Source: Candidatus Limnocylindria bacterium
GTDB taxonomy: Bacteria; Chloroflexota; Limnocylindria; QHBO01
Assembly (NCBI GenBank): GCA_046715765.1
Contig: JBKJYH010000048.1
Location: forward strand, 1-61,020
Reading direction: 5' to 3'
DNA: 61,020 nt
Part shown: in pieces, positions 27,340 through 35,285 of the stretch
Layout: each line of letters begins with the position of its first letter
How positions within the stretch are numbered: the stretch's first letter is position 1
Translations under genes and position numbers: made by a program
Notes under the pieces: generated by a model
What the model was told of the DNA's origin: nothing
Database searches by the model: none
The model's input: the letters and a program-made list of their open reading frames with translations, nothing else

Positions 27340-28323
27340 TCAGTGGTCTCCGCCGGCGAGTTGCTCCACGGCATGACGCAGCACCGGCAGCAGTGCGGCC
27401 AGGGACTCTGCCGCGCCGCGCGGCGAACCGGGCAGGTTGACGATCAGGGTGGAGCCGCGGGTTCCCACCACGCCGCGCGAGAGCGCCGCCAGTGGCGTGC
27501 TCCCCAGGCCCGCCGAACGCATCAGCTCGGCCAGCCCGGGCACCTCGCGGGCGATGACGCGACGGGTGGCGGTGGGGGTCAGGTCGCCGCGGGTGAGGCC
27601 GGTCCCGCCGGTCGTGATTACCAGCCGGTGTCCGGCATCGGCCAACTGGGCCAGCAGGGTCGCGATGCGTTGCTCATCGTCTGGAATGATCACGGGGTCC
27701 GCCACGCTCCAGCCAGCCTCGCGCAGAGCGGCCACCACAGCCGGGCCGGACGCGTCGGCCCGTTCGCCCGACGCGGCCCGTGTCGAGCAGGTGACCACCG
27801 CCGCCTCGTGATCAGCGGTGCGGGCGACCGCAACCTCGCGCGGCGCTCCGGCCCGCCACGACCCGGTGCGCCCGCCATCCTTCTCCAACAATTCGACTCG
27901 CTCGATCACGATGTCGCGCTGGAGGGCCTTGGCCATGTCGATCAGGGTCAGCGCGGCGACGCTGGCGGCAGTGAGGGCCTCCATCTCCACCCCTGTCCGA
28001 GCGGTGGCCCGGACCTCGGCACGGATCTCCACGGTGCCGGCGCCCGCCTCGGGGAGCATCTCGACCTCGACCGCGTCGATCGGGATCGGGTGGCAGAGCG
28101 GGATCAGGTCGGGGGTGCGCTTGGCCGCCGCGATCCCCGCCAGGCGTGCCACGCCCAGGGCGTCCCCCTTTAGGCCGCCGCCAGCGAGCAGGGTTCCGAG
28201 AGTGGCAGGATCCATCCGCACCACCGCTCGCGCCAATGCCCGGCGGGCGGTGATCGGCTTGGCGCCGACGTCCACCATCTGCGGTTCGCCCTCGGGGCCG
28301 AGGTGAGACGGTGTTCCGGTCAT
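27340..28323 (-). CDS. moaC: bifunctional molybdenum cofactor biosynthesis protein MoaC / MoaB(MogA-like)
   Basis: 327 aa. The N-terminal half is MoaC-like (..MVDVGAKPITARRA.., ..LIPLCHPI..). The C-terminal half is MoaB/MogA-like (..VVTCSTRAA.., ..VITTGGTG..). There is an ATGA overlap with moeA. Confidence 0.85.
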   Translation of the reverse strand: MTGTPSHLGPEGEPQMVDVGAKPITARRALARAVVRMDPATLGTLLAGGGLKGDALGVARLAGIAAAKRTPDLIPLCHPIPIDAVEVEMLPEAGAGTVEIRAEVRATARTGVEMEALTAASVAALTLIDMAKALQRDIVIERVELLEKDGGRTGSWRAGAPREVAVARTADHEAAVVTCSTRAASGERADASGPAVVAALREAGWSVADPVIIPDDEQRIATLLAQLADAGHRLVITTGGTGLTRGDLTPTATRRVIAREVPGLAELMRSAGLGSTPLAALSRGVVGTRGSTLIVNLPGSPRGAAESLAALLPVLRHAVEQLAGGDH

Positions 28324-29513
28324 CTGATCTCTCCGAGCAGGACTGCATCGTAGAGCGCGCCGGGATCGGCAGCGTCCATTCCTTCCGGCACCACCAGCAA
28401 CCCGTTCGCGGCGGCCAGCCCGCGCAGCTGGGCCGATCCCTGGCCCCCGGCCGACTCCGCGACCCAGCCATTCTCTTCGGCCGTCAGCACGACTCGCAGG
28501 TAGGCACGCCGAGCGGGGTCCTTGCTGATCCGCTGCGCGGCGCGCGCGCGAAGGCGGACCCGCCCATCGCCCTCCAGCCCGAGCATCCCGCGCAGCAGCG
28601 GCCGAACGAACAGCTCGAAGGTGACCAGGGCGCTGACCGGGTTGCCCGGCAGCCCGATCACCGGCCGATCCCGCACCTGCCCGAAGGCCAGCGGCTTGCC
28701 AGGCTGGACCGCGATCCGCCAGAAGTCGAGGGTGCCAAGTTCCTCGATCACCTGGCGCAGGTGGTCGTGGCGCCCCACGCTGACCCCACCGCTCACCACA
28801 AGCAGGTCGGCCTGCGCAACTCCTGCGCGCACGCGTTGACGGAGGATTGCGGGGTCGTCGCCGGCGATCGGGAGCACCACCGGCTCGCCGCCGGCGTCGG
28901 TGATCGCGGCAGCCAGCGCCATGCTGTTCGCATCGTGGATCTGCCCCGCACCCAATCGGACCCCGGGCGCCACCAGTTCGGCCCCGGTCGAGAGCACCGC
29001 CACGATCGGGCGGCGGCGAACCTGAAGGTCGGCCAGTCCGAGCGAGACGAGCACGGCAAGACCGGCGGCGGAAAGGGGCTCGCGGGCCAGTTGCACCTGG
29101 TCGCCGGCGCGCGTGTCGCTGCCACGCAACCGGACGTGCGAGCCGGCCGCTGCGGCCGGCAGTCGGACCGTGCCGCCGGATTCGACCGCCAGCTCCTGCG
29201 CTACGACGGCATCAGGACCGGGTGGCAGCGGGGCGCCGGTCATGATCCGGACCGTAGTCGCCGGCTCGACCGGCGGCGGGTCTTTGACACCTGCAGCCAC
29301 CTCGCCGACCACCCGGAACTCGCCGGGCGTGTCGACGGCGCGGACCGCGAAGCCGTCCATGGCCGAGTTGTCGAAGGGCGGCACGTCGACCTCCGCGTCA
29401 ACCGTGAAGGTGGCTGGGACGCGCCCCAGACATCGGTCCAGGGGCAGTTGCTCGATGCCCGTCAGGCGGGCCGCAGACGCGATCCTGAGGCGAGCCTCAT
29501 CGACCGACAGCAT
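28320..29513 (-). CDS. moeA: molybdopterin molybdenumtransferase MoeA
   Basis: The 755-aa ORF was trimmed to MLSVDEARLRI (ATG 29513). '..PPFDNSAMDGFAV..' and '..PGNPVSA..' are MoeA signatures. The upstream 357 aa overlap the neighbouring gene in another frame. Confidence 0.85.
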   Translation of the reverse strand: MLSVDEARLRIASAARLTGIEQLPLDRCLGRVPATFTVDAEVDVPPFDNSAMDGFAVRAVDTPGEFRVVGEVAAGVKDPPPVEPATTVRIMTGAPLPPGPDAVVAQELAVESGGTVRLPAAAAGSHVRLRGSDTRAGDQVQLAREPLSAAGLAVLVSLGLADLQVRRRPIVAVLSTGAELVAPGVRLGAGQIHDANSMALAAAITDAGGEPVVLPIAGDDPAILRQRVRAGVAQADLLVVSGGVSVGRHDHLRQVIEELGTLDFWRIAVQPGKPLAFGQVRDRPVIGLPGNPVSALVTFELFVRPLLRGMLGLEGDGRVRLRARAAQRISKDPARRAYLRVVLTAEENGWVAESAGGQGSAQLRGLAAANGLLVVPEGMDAADPGALYDAVLLGEIR

Positions 29514-29524
29514 CGAACGAGGCG

Positions 29525-30646
29525 TCAGACGCCCAGTTTGAGGCGCGCATCCACGAGGCGCAGTACGCCCGCCCGGGACAGCAGGCCCAGCACCGTCCGG
29601 CCGTCGGGATCGACCACCGGCAGCTGATTCACTTCGCGCGCCTGGAGCGTCTTCAGGGCAGACTGGAGATCCGCATCCGGCCCGATGGTGGCCAGGTCGG
29701 CGAAGCGGGTCATGATGTCGGTCACGCGCGCCGCGTCCCAGTCCTCGCGCCTCACCCGACCGACGTCGGAGAGGGTCACGATCCCGGCCAATCCCCCATC
29801 GGCATAGCGCACCAGGTAGCAGCGATGTCCCTTGGCCAGTCGTTCGTTGACCAGGTCGGCCACCGTTTCGTTGGGACTGACCGAGGGTGGCTCCGGCTCG
29901 AGCACGTCCCGGACCTTCGCGCCGCGCAGGGCGTGCTCCAGGGTCATCTGCGCCACCGATGATTCGGCGGCATTCGACAGGAACCAGCCGATCAGCGCCA
30001 GCCATACGCCGTTGAAGACGTTCCCTCCCTGGAGCGCCATCAGCACGCCGCCACCGATCAGCAAGTAGCCGAAGAGGCGGCCGACGGCCGCCGCGTTGCG
30101 GGTGGCCTTGAACCGGTCGCCTCGCAGCCGCCAGAGGAGCGCGCGCAGAATTCGCCCGCCGTCCATCGGGAAGCCGGGGATCAGGTTGAAGACGCCAAGG
30201 CTCACGTTGATCAGTGCCAGCCAGGTCAGGATCGCCTCGACCTGCGGGAGCTCGACCAGGGTCACCACCAACCACAGCCCTCCACCGATCAGCAGGCTGG
30301 TAATCGGCCCGGCAGCACCGATCAGGGCTTCGTCGCGCGGCCGGCGCGCGTCCTCCTCGAGACTGGCGGCACCGCCAAAGATGAAGAGGGTGATGTCCTT
30401 GACCTTCAGCCCCAATCGACGCGCCACCAGCGCGTGGCTCAACTCGTGGGCCAGCACCGAGCCGAAGAAGAGGAGCGCCACCACGCCACCGACCATCCAG
30501 TACCAGGCATCGGGCCAGCCCGGGTAGTTGGCGGGCAGCGGCCCGGTCGCCAGCGAGTAGGTCACCAGCAGGGCGATCACGAACCACGATGGATGCAGGC
30601 CGATATCCACCCCGAAGACTCGGCCGATGCGCAGGGACTGGCTCAT
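29525..30646 (-). CDS. site-2 protease family (M50) metalloprotease with CBS pair
   Basis: 373 aa. It has a 'HELSHALVARRLG' HExxH in a TM helix, a second 'NLIPGFPMDGGR' motif and C-terminal tandem CBS-like segments. Confidence 0.85.
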   Translation of the reverse strand: MSQSLRIGRVFGVDIGLHPSWFVIALLVTYSLATGPLPANYPGWPDAWYWMVGGVVALLFFGSVLAHELSHALVARRLGLKVKDITLFIFGGAASLEEDARRPRDEALIGAAGPITSLLIGGGLWLVVTLVELPQVEAILTWLALINVSLGVFNLIPGFPMDGGRILRALLWRLRGDRFKATRNAAAVGRLFGYLLIGGGVLMALQGGNVFNGVWLALIGWFLSNAAESSVAQMTLEHALRGAKVRDVLEPEPPSVSPNETVADLVNERLAKGHRCYLVRYADGGLAGIVTLSDVGRVRREDWDAARVTDIMTRFADLATIGPDADLQSALKTLQAREVNQLPVVDPDGRTVLGLLSRAGVLRLVDARLKLGV

Positions 30647-30665
30647 GCCGGCCGAGTGTAGGCGC

Positions 30666-31325
30666 TCAGCCCGCGCTTGACCGTCCGCGCTGCTGGTCGC
30701 GGCGCGCGAGCCAGGCCGCCAGGAGCGCCGCCAGCACGATGCTGCCGCCCGCCGCCAGCGATGCCTCGAACCAGAACGGCCCGGGGAAGAGCCCGATCAG
30801 GTGCGATCCGAGTCCGAATTGCCAGGTCCCCGGCGCGAAGAGCAGGTTGTGGAACGCGGCAAAGGCGGCCTCGAACGCGACGGCGAAGAAGATGCCCAGC
30901 GCGACGGCGGCTGCGCCGACCGATGCCGCCCCGGCCAGCAGCAGCCGACCTCGGCGATCGCGCTCGCCCCGCAACCGGCGCCCGGCCAGCAGCAGCGTGC
31001 CGATGGCGACGAGGTCGAGCAGCGCCAGGTTGCGCACCACCTGTCCAACGTCGCCCATGTGGCTGCGTTCAGTAGCGTCCAGGAACGAGACCCCGGCCTG
31101 GGTTCCAACCTCGAACGAGCCGTCAACGAACAGGTCGCTGACCAGGCTCCAGGTGATGCGATCCACCTCGCCGGCCGGAAGCCCGAGTGCCGCAGGCACC
31201 CCGTGGCGCCCCTGCTCGAACGAGACGAACCACGGGTTGAACAGGAGCAGCGGTCCGCTGACCAGGATGGCAACGGCCGCGGCCAGCCCGAATGCGGCCG
31301 CCACCAGGCCCGGGGTGGGCCTCAC
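30666..31325 (-). CDS. TIGR01906/DUF1461 (Lit-like) integral membrane protein
   Basis: Trimmed to a GTG that overlaps the upstream stop (GTGA at 31322-31325). 'ERSHMGDV' and 'FAAFHNLLFAPGTWQF' resemble the E-x-x-HM-x-DV and FH-x-x-FF...W motifs of the family, as recalled. Confidence 0.55.
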   Translation of the reverse strand: MRPTPGLVAAAFGLAAAVAILVSGPLLLFNPWFVSFEQGRHGVPAALGLPAGEVDRITWSLVSDLFVDGSFEVGTQAGVSFLDATERSHMGDVGQVVRNLALLDLVAIGTLLLAGRRLRGERDRRGRLLLAGAASVGAAAVALGIFFAVAFEAAFAAFHNLLFAPGTWQFGLGSHLIGLFPGPFWFEASLAAGGSIVLAALLAAWLARRDQQRGRSSAG

Positions 31326-31699
31326 ATCGCCTTGCCGGCGAGCCGACCGGTTCCCACCACCATGGAGAGCAGCCAACCGACGACCGCCACCACCAGCGCG
31401 CCAAACAGCGCAGACCAGAAGTCAGCCACGACGAAGCCAAGCGCAAGTTGTTCGCTGACGAGCCCGGTGAGCAGGAGCATCCCGGCGTTGATGACCAGCA
31501 GGAAGAGTCCCATGCTGATGATGGTGATCGGGAAGGTGAGGATCCGAAGGATCGGTCGGAGGTAGCTGTTCAGCAGGCTGAAGGCGAGAGCCACCAGCAG
31601 GAACTTCCACCATTCGCCGCTGAAGCTGATCCCCTCCACCACGTAGTCGGCGGCGTATAGGGCGCCGGCGTTGACCAGGATCTGAAGCACGCGGTCCAT
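31322..31699 (-). CDS. DUF360 / 'phage holin 4_2' family 4-TM membrane protein (YvlD-like)
   Basis: 125 aa with four TM segments. '..LNSYLRPILRILTFPITIISMGLFLLVINA..' is a typical family signature. Confidence 0.7.
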   Translation of the reverse strand: MDRVLQILVNAGALYAADYVVEGISFSGEWWKFLLVALAFSLLNSYLRPILRILTFPITIISMGLFLLVINAGMLLLTGLVSEQLALGFVVADFWSALFGALVVAVVGWLLSMVVGTGRLAGKAM

Positions 31700-31740
31700 G
31701 CCCGTAGCCTAGCCGATGGCGCAAGTGTTAGCGTCGCTGC

Positions 31741-32532
31741 ATGGGTGTGTTGGCACGACTCGGGCGCCGAGCGCTGCGCGTGCTCGGGGTTGGGAGGGTC
31801 CTGGGCGCGGTGGTCCGTCGCATGCCCCGCGGGGTTCAGCTTGGCTACGCCAGGCTGAAGTTACGAGCCGGTTTCGGGGAAGCGCTCCAGTTGGTGCCCG
31901 AGGCCGCGCTCGAGGACCACTACCGCCGCGCACTCGAGATCCTGGCCCAGCGCCTGAAGCCCGAGGCAATCGGGTCCTACGTCGAGTTCGGGGTGTACAT
32001 CGGGACCTCTATGACCTGCATGTACCGAGCCCTGCGGTCCGCCGGGCTGGATCACATCCGCCTGGTCGGATTCGATTCGTTCGAGGGCCTGCCGGCGGAG
32101 GCATCCATCGAGGGGGCCGGCCGCTGGCAACCCGGCCAGTTCCACTCCGATCTCGACTTGACGATGACTAACCTGAAGCGCAACGACGTGCCGCTCGAGC
32201 GGGTCAGCCTGGTGCCGGGCTGGTTCTCGGACACCGCCACCGACGCGGTCGCCGCGCGCATCGGGCTCAATTCGATCAGCGTGGTGATGATCGACAGCGA
32301 CCTGTATTCATCGGCGGTCACCGCGCTGGACTTCTGCGCCTCGCGCCTGACCCCGGTGTCGGTACTTTTCTTCGACGAGTGGTCGGTGGGCGCGCCGGGC
32401 GAGGCCGGCTTCGACGAGAAGCGCGCCTTCGAGGAGTTCCTTTCGGGCCATCCCGAGCTCCACGCGGAAGATCTCGACGACCTGGGGCGCTACAAGGACG
32501 TCTCGCGTGGGTTCGTGCTGACCCGCGCCTGA
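31741..32532 (+). CDS. TylF/MycF-family SAM-dependent O-methyltransferase
   Basis: 263 aa. 'YVEFGVYIGTSM...VGFDSFEGLP...VMIDSDLYSS' matches the macrocin-O-methyltransferase-like pattern. It is the only plus-strand gene in this neighbourhood. Confidence 0.65.
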   Translation: MGVLARLGRRALRVLGVGRVLGAVVRRMPRGVQLGYARLKLRAGFGEALQLVPEAALEDHYRRALEILAQRLKPEAIGSYVEFGVYIGTSMTCMYRALRSAGLDHIRLVGFDSFEGLPAEASIEGAGRWQPGQFHSDLDLTMTNLKRNDVPLERVSLVPGWFSDTATDAVAARIGLNSISVVMIDSDLYSSAVTALDFCASRLTPVSVLFFDEWSVGAPGEAGFDEKRAFEEFLSGHPELHAEDLDDLGRYKDVSRGFVLTRA

Positions 32533-32558
32533 CCGACGAACGCCGGAGGCGAGGAGGA

Positions 32559-32635
32559 TGGTCGGGGCGAAAGGATTCGAACCTTCGACCTCCTGAACCC
32601 CATTCAGGTGCGCTACCGGGCTGCGCTACGCCCCG
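32559..32635 (-). tRNA. tRNA-Pro (anticodon GGG)
   Basis: The reverse complement is CGGGGCG-TA-GCGC..GCGC-A-CCTGA-ATGGGGT-TCAGG-AGGTC-GAAGG-TTCGAAT-CCTTT-CGCCCCG-A-CCA. U33 and G37 flank the anticodon GGG. Confidence 0.9.
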
Positions 32636-32671
32636 ACCGATTCGTGCTGCGGACGAGCACGGGCCCAGAGT

Positions 32672-35047
32672 CTACGCCACGAGCCGATCGGCGGCAGCGC
32701 GGGCGGTCGACCACCGACGGCGGACCCGCGTGGCGGCCACCAGGCCGACGGATGCCACGACGGGAAGCGGCAGCGTGGCCGGTGGCGGCGGGGCCGGATA
32801 CGGTGGCGGGGTGACCGGCTCGACCACGCGGTGCAGGAAGGCCGCCATCTGCTCCCGCGTCACCGGGCCGGCGGGACAGTAGCGCCACTCGCCACAGCCG
32901 GTGGCGATCCCGGCCGCAGCGACGTAGTCGATGTTCGCCTCGTGGATATCGTCGTCATCGTCGTAGAAGTAGTTGCGGCCGGCGCCGACGGTCAGCCCGA
33001 CGGCACGCGCCAGGAAGGAGGCCATCTGGGCGCGCGTCACCACCACCCCCGGGCAGAAGGTGGTCGCGCTGCATCCCACGGTCACGCCGGCGGCGGCCAG
33101 GGCGTTGATGTCCGCCTCGTGGATCGAGGCCTCGTCATCGGTGAAGAAATCGGTCTCGGAGGCGGCCAGGTCGAACATGCGGACCAGGAACGAGGCCATC
33201 TGTTCGCGCGTCACCGGGTCGTCCGGGCAGTACAGGGTTGGCGCGCAACCGGTGGTCACGCCCTCGGCGTACAGCCACTCGATATCCGTCTTGAAGGGCG
33301 AGTCGGCGATGTCGGTGAACGGCGCCGGAGGCGGTGGCGGCGTGGGGGTGGGGGTGGGAGACGGTCCCCCGGTGCAGGTCGGGAAGCTGAACGAGCCGAT
33401 CCGGGTCTGCCAGTTCCCTCCATCGGCCGCGTAGTACTGGTTGGTGTACCAGAAGGTGCAATCATCGACCGGGTCGACGGTCATGGTGCTGTAGTCGCCC
33501 CACCGCTCGCAGGGGCCGCCGCCGCAGATGTTGCTCTGGACCCCGGTCCCCTCCCACAGGCTCATCTCGCCCTGGCCCAGGGTGTTGGCCGGGTCGTTCA
33601 GCAGGCGGCCGGCGTAGCGAATGGCCGGGGCCATCGAGGCGTCAGAGACCGAGTAGCCGACCGCCATGTTGCCCGAGCCATCCACCGCCAGGCTGGGCAT
33701 GAACCGATACGAATCGTCGGGGTTGAAGGTGCCCTCCTGGAGCGGCGCGTTGGTGTCGAGCACGCCGCCGCTGACGTCGAGCTCGTACCAGCGCACGCTG
33801 GCGATGTTCGGGTCGCCGCCATTGCCGACGGTGTGGGTCAGCCACAGCGACTCGGCGCCGGCGATGTTGCGGTACTGGTTCTGCATCATCAGCCGATAGG
33901 TGAGGGTGTCGATCTGGTTGCCCGGCTCCCGCTGCGGCACGGTGATCGGGCCGACCGCGAAGGTCCCGATCCCCACGTCGCCAGGCCCGCTGAAGGTCGA
34001 GTTGAGCGGATCGTCCCAATCGGCATGGAACTGCCAGACCCGTGCCGCGTAGATGCCCCAGATCGATGCGAATAGGTTCGGCCGCCCGGTCGGCGGCGCT
34101 GCGCCACGCAGGTTGCTGGGCAACAGCGAGAAGACGGTGATGCCCTGGATCTTCGACGGCAGGTCGAATGAGACGGCGCGGACCGGCGCACCCGATTCGA
34201 AGTCGGACCGGTTGAAGGCCCAGACCCGCACGTGCTGGAACGACCCGAGGCCGGTGGTGTCGAAGACGTTGGCCGACATGTAGATCCCATCGGGCCATAC
34301 GCCGAGCTTCGGATAGTCGGGAATCTGACCGCCCGCGTCGGTCTGGATCGCGTACAGGTACCACCCGCCGTCCACCGGGTCGCCGCTGATCGAGATGGCG
34401 AAGCACTGGTACATGGCCCCGGCCGCGAAGTCGGTCCAGGCGAAGTCGCTGATGATCCAGCGGTCGGCCTGCTGGTCGTAGAGGACCACGGGGTCCCCCT
34501 GGTTGGAGGTGTCGCACGGCGTCCCGGAGTCACCCGCCGCGAAGAGCGTGTTGAAGGTGAAGGCGGCCAACTGCTGGCCGTCACTCTTGCGGAAGATCCC
34601 GACCGAGGTGTTGACCGATTGCACGAAGTGGGTGGGGCCCACGTCGCCGTTGGTGTCGGGCGGCCAGCCATCGCCCCAGTTGTCGTGGTCGAGGCCGGGG
34701 AAGGTCAGGTCGGGAGCCGGTGCGGGGGCCAGCGGCATCGCGGCCTGGAGGTGTTCGGTCGGGACCTGCGCGCCACCCAGGCTCATGGCTGGCGTGTCGT
34801 TCTCCGGGCGCAGGTTGGCCGGGATGGCGCGGGGCGGCGGCAGGCCGCGCAGGCTTCCGCGGTAGACCGCCGGGCGCACGGCGGGCAACAGGTTGGGACC
34901 GATGACCCCGCTCCCGTTCCGCTCGGCGGGCGGCACCGCCCTCGCCGCGGGCACCACCAGCGGCAGCGCCACCAGCATCGCTTCGACCACGATGGCGCCC
35001 GCCGCCAACAGCAGCCTGGCGCGGGTCATGTATCGACGGGGTGGCAC
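32672..35047 (-). CDS. large secreted protein: uncharacterised (propeller-like?) domain, Pro/Thr linker, 3 SLH-like repeats, C-terminal hydrophobic+Arg tail
   Basis: 791 aa with a signal peptide (..VVPAARA|VPP). The central domain has RWGDYS/WYEL motifs, followed by a PTPTPTPPPPPAP linker and three ~58-aa repeats. The tail is LPLPVVASVGLVAATRVRRRW. An alternative start is the second Met at 35029. Confidence 0.75.
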   Translation of the reverse strand: MPPRRYMTRARLLLAAGAIVVEAMLVALPLVVPAARAVPPAERNGSGVIGPNLLPAVRPAVYRGSLRGLPPPRAIPANLRPENDTPAMSLGGAQVPTEHLQAAMPLAPAPAPDLTFPGLDHDNWGDGWPPDTNGDVGPTHFVQSVNTSVGIFRKSDGQQLAAFTFNTLFAAGDSGTPCDTSNQGDPVVLYDQQADRWIISDFAWTDFAAGAMYQCFAISISGDPVDGGWYLYAIQTDAGGQIPDYPKLGVWPDGIYMSANVFDTTGLGSFQHVRVWAFNRSDFESGAPVRAVSFDLPSKIQGITVFSLLPSNLRGAAPPTGRPNLFASIWGIYAARVWQFHADWDDPLNSTFSGPGDVGIGTFAVGPITVPQREPGNQIDTLTYRLMMQNQYRNIAGAESLWLTHTVGNGGDPNIASVRWYELDVSGGVLDTNAPLQEGTFNPDDSYRFMPSLAVDGSGNMAVGYSVSDASMAPAIRYAGRLLNDPANTLGQGEMSLWEGTGVQSNICGGGPCERWGDYSTMTVDPVDDCTFWYTNQYYAADGGNWQTRIGSFSFPTCTGGPSPTPTPTPPPPPAPFTDIADSPFKTDIEWLYAEGVTTGCAPTLYCPDDPVTREQMASFLVRMFDLAASETDFFTDDEASIHEADINALAAAGVTVGCSATTFCPGVVVTRAQMASFLARAVGLTVGAGRNYFYDDDDDIHEANIDYVAAAGIATGCGEWRYCPAGPVTREQMAAFLHRVVEPVTPPPYPAPPPPATLPLPVVASVGLVAATRVRRRWSTARAAADRLVA
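32819..33319 (-). repeat. three tandem ~58-codon SLH-like modules inside the 32672-35047 CDS
   Basis: The modules are FTDIADSPF..GVTTGCAPTLYCPDDPVTREQMASFL, FTDDEASIHE..GVTVGCSATTFCPGVVVTRAQMASFL and FYDDDDDIHE..GIATGCGEWRYCPAGPVTREQMAAFL. Coordinates were computed from the stop codon. Confidence 0.8.
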
Positions 35048-35253
35048 TGCGGCGGAGTGTACGGCACGCCCGCCGGGCTACCGATCCCGTCCGCTGGGCG
35101 GACAGAAGCTGATCGGCCACCCGCTGCTCAACAGGCACACCACCTTCAGCCACGACGAGCGGGACCGTTTCGGGCTGCGCGGCTGGTCGCGCTGGCGGTG
35201 GTGCGCCACCTGCAGGCCAGCGGGTACGGCCGCGCGATCTGGATCCCGGACTA
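35028..35253 (+). pseudogene. relic of the N-terminus of an NAD-dependent malic enzyme (truncated, probably frameshifted)
   Basis: The translation '..RPLGGQKLIGHPLLNRHTTFSHDERDRFGLRGW' mirrors the conserved malic-enzyme N-terminal motif (P-x-LNKG-x-AF-x-x-x-ER-x-x-x-GL-x-GLLP). No enzyme body follows, and gpsA ends 33 nt later. Confidence 0.35.
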
Positions 35254-35285
35254 GCTGCCGCTCGAGGCTGGCTGAGCCCGCGGCA

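Noticed and set aside
28320-30587. Very long N-terminal extensions of real genes in the ORF track (moeA as 755 aa, scpA as 532 aa from 45894, ArsA-like as 565 aa from 38245, pepP as 468 aa, the 50790-51902 ORF, gpsA, xseA, pmbA, SBP).
   Set aside because: The extensions overlap the upstream, motif-supported gene in another frame and are Arg/Pro-rich. Conserved N-termini plus ATGA/GTGA overlaps or SD motifs give much shorter, family-typical lengths.
30666-35285. Possible genomic island or prophage remnant, suggested by tRNA-Pro, a 'phage holin family' protein, a strand switch and the XerD recombinase elsewhere.
   Set aside because: I found no integrase, transposase, phage structural genes or direct repeat of the tRNA 3' end by eye. 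DUF360 'holin-like' proteins are common chromosomal membrane proteins. XerD sits in its conserved housekeeping context. I cannot judge any GC shift without computation.
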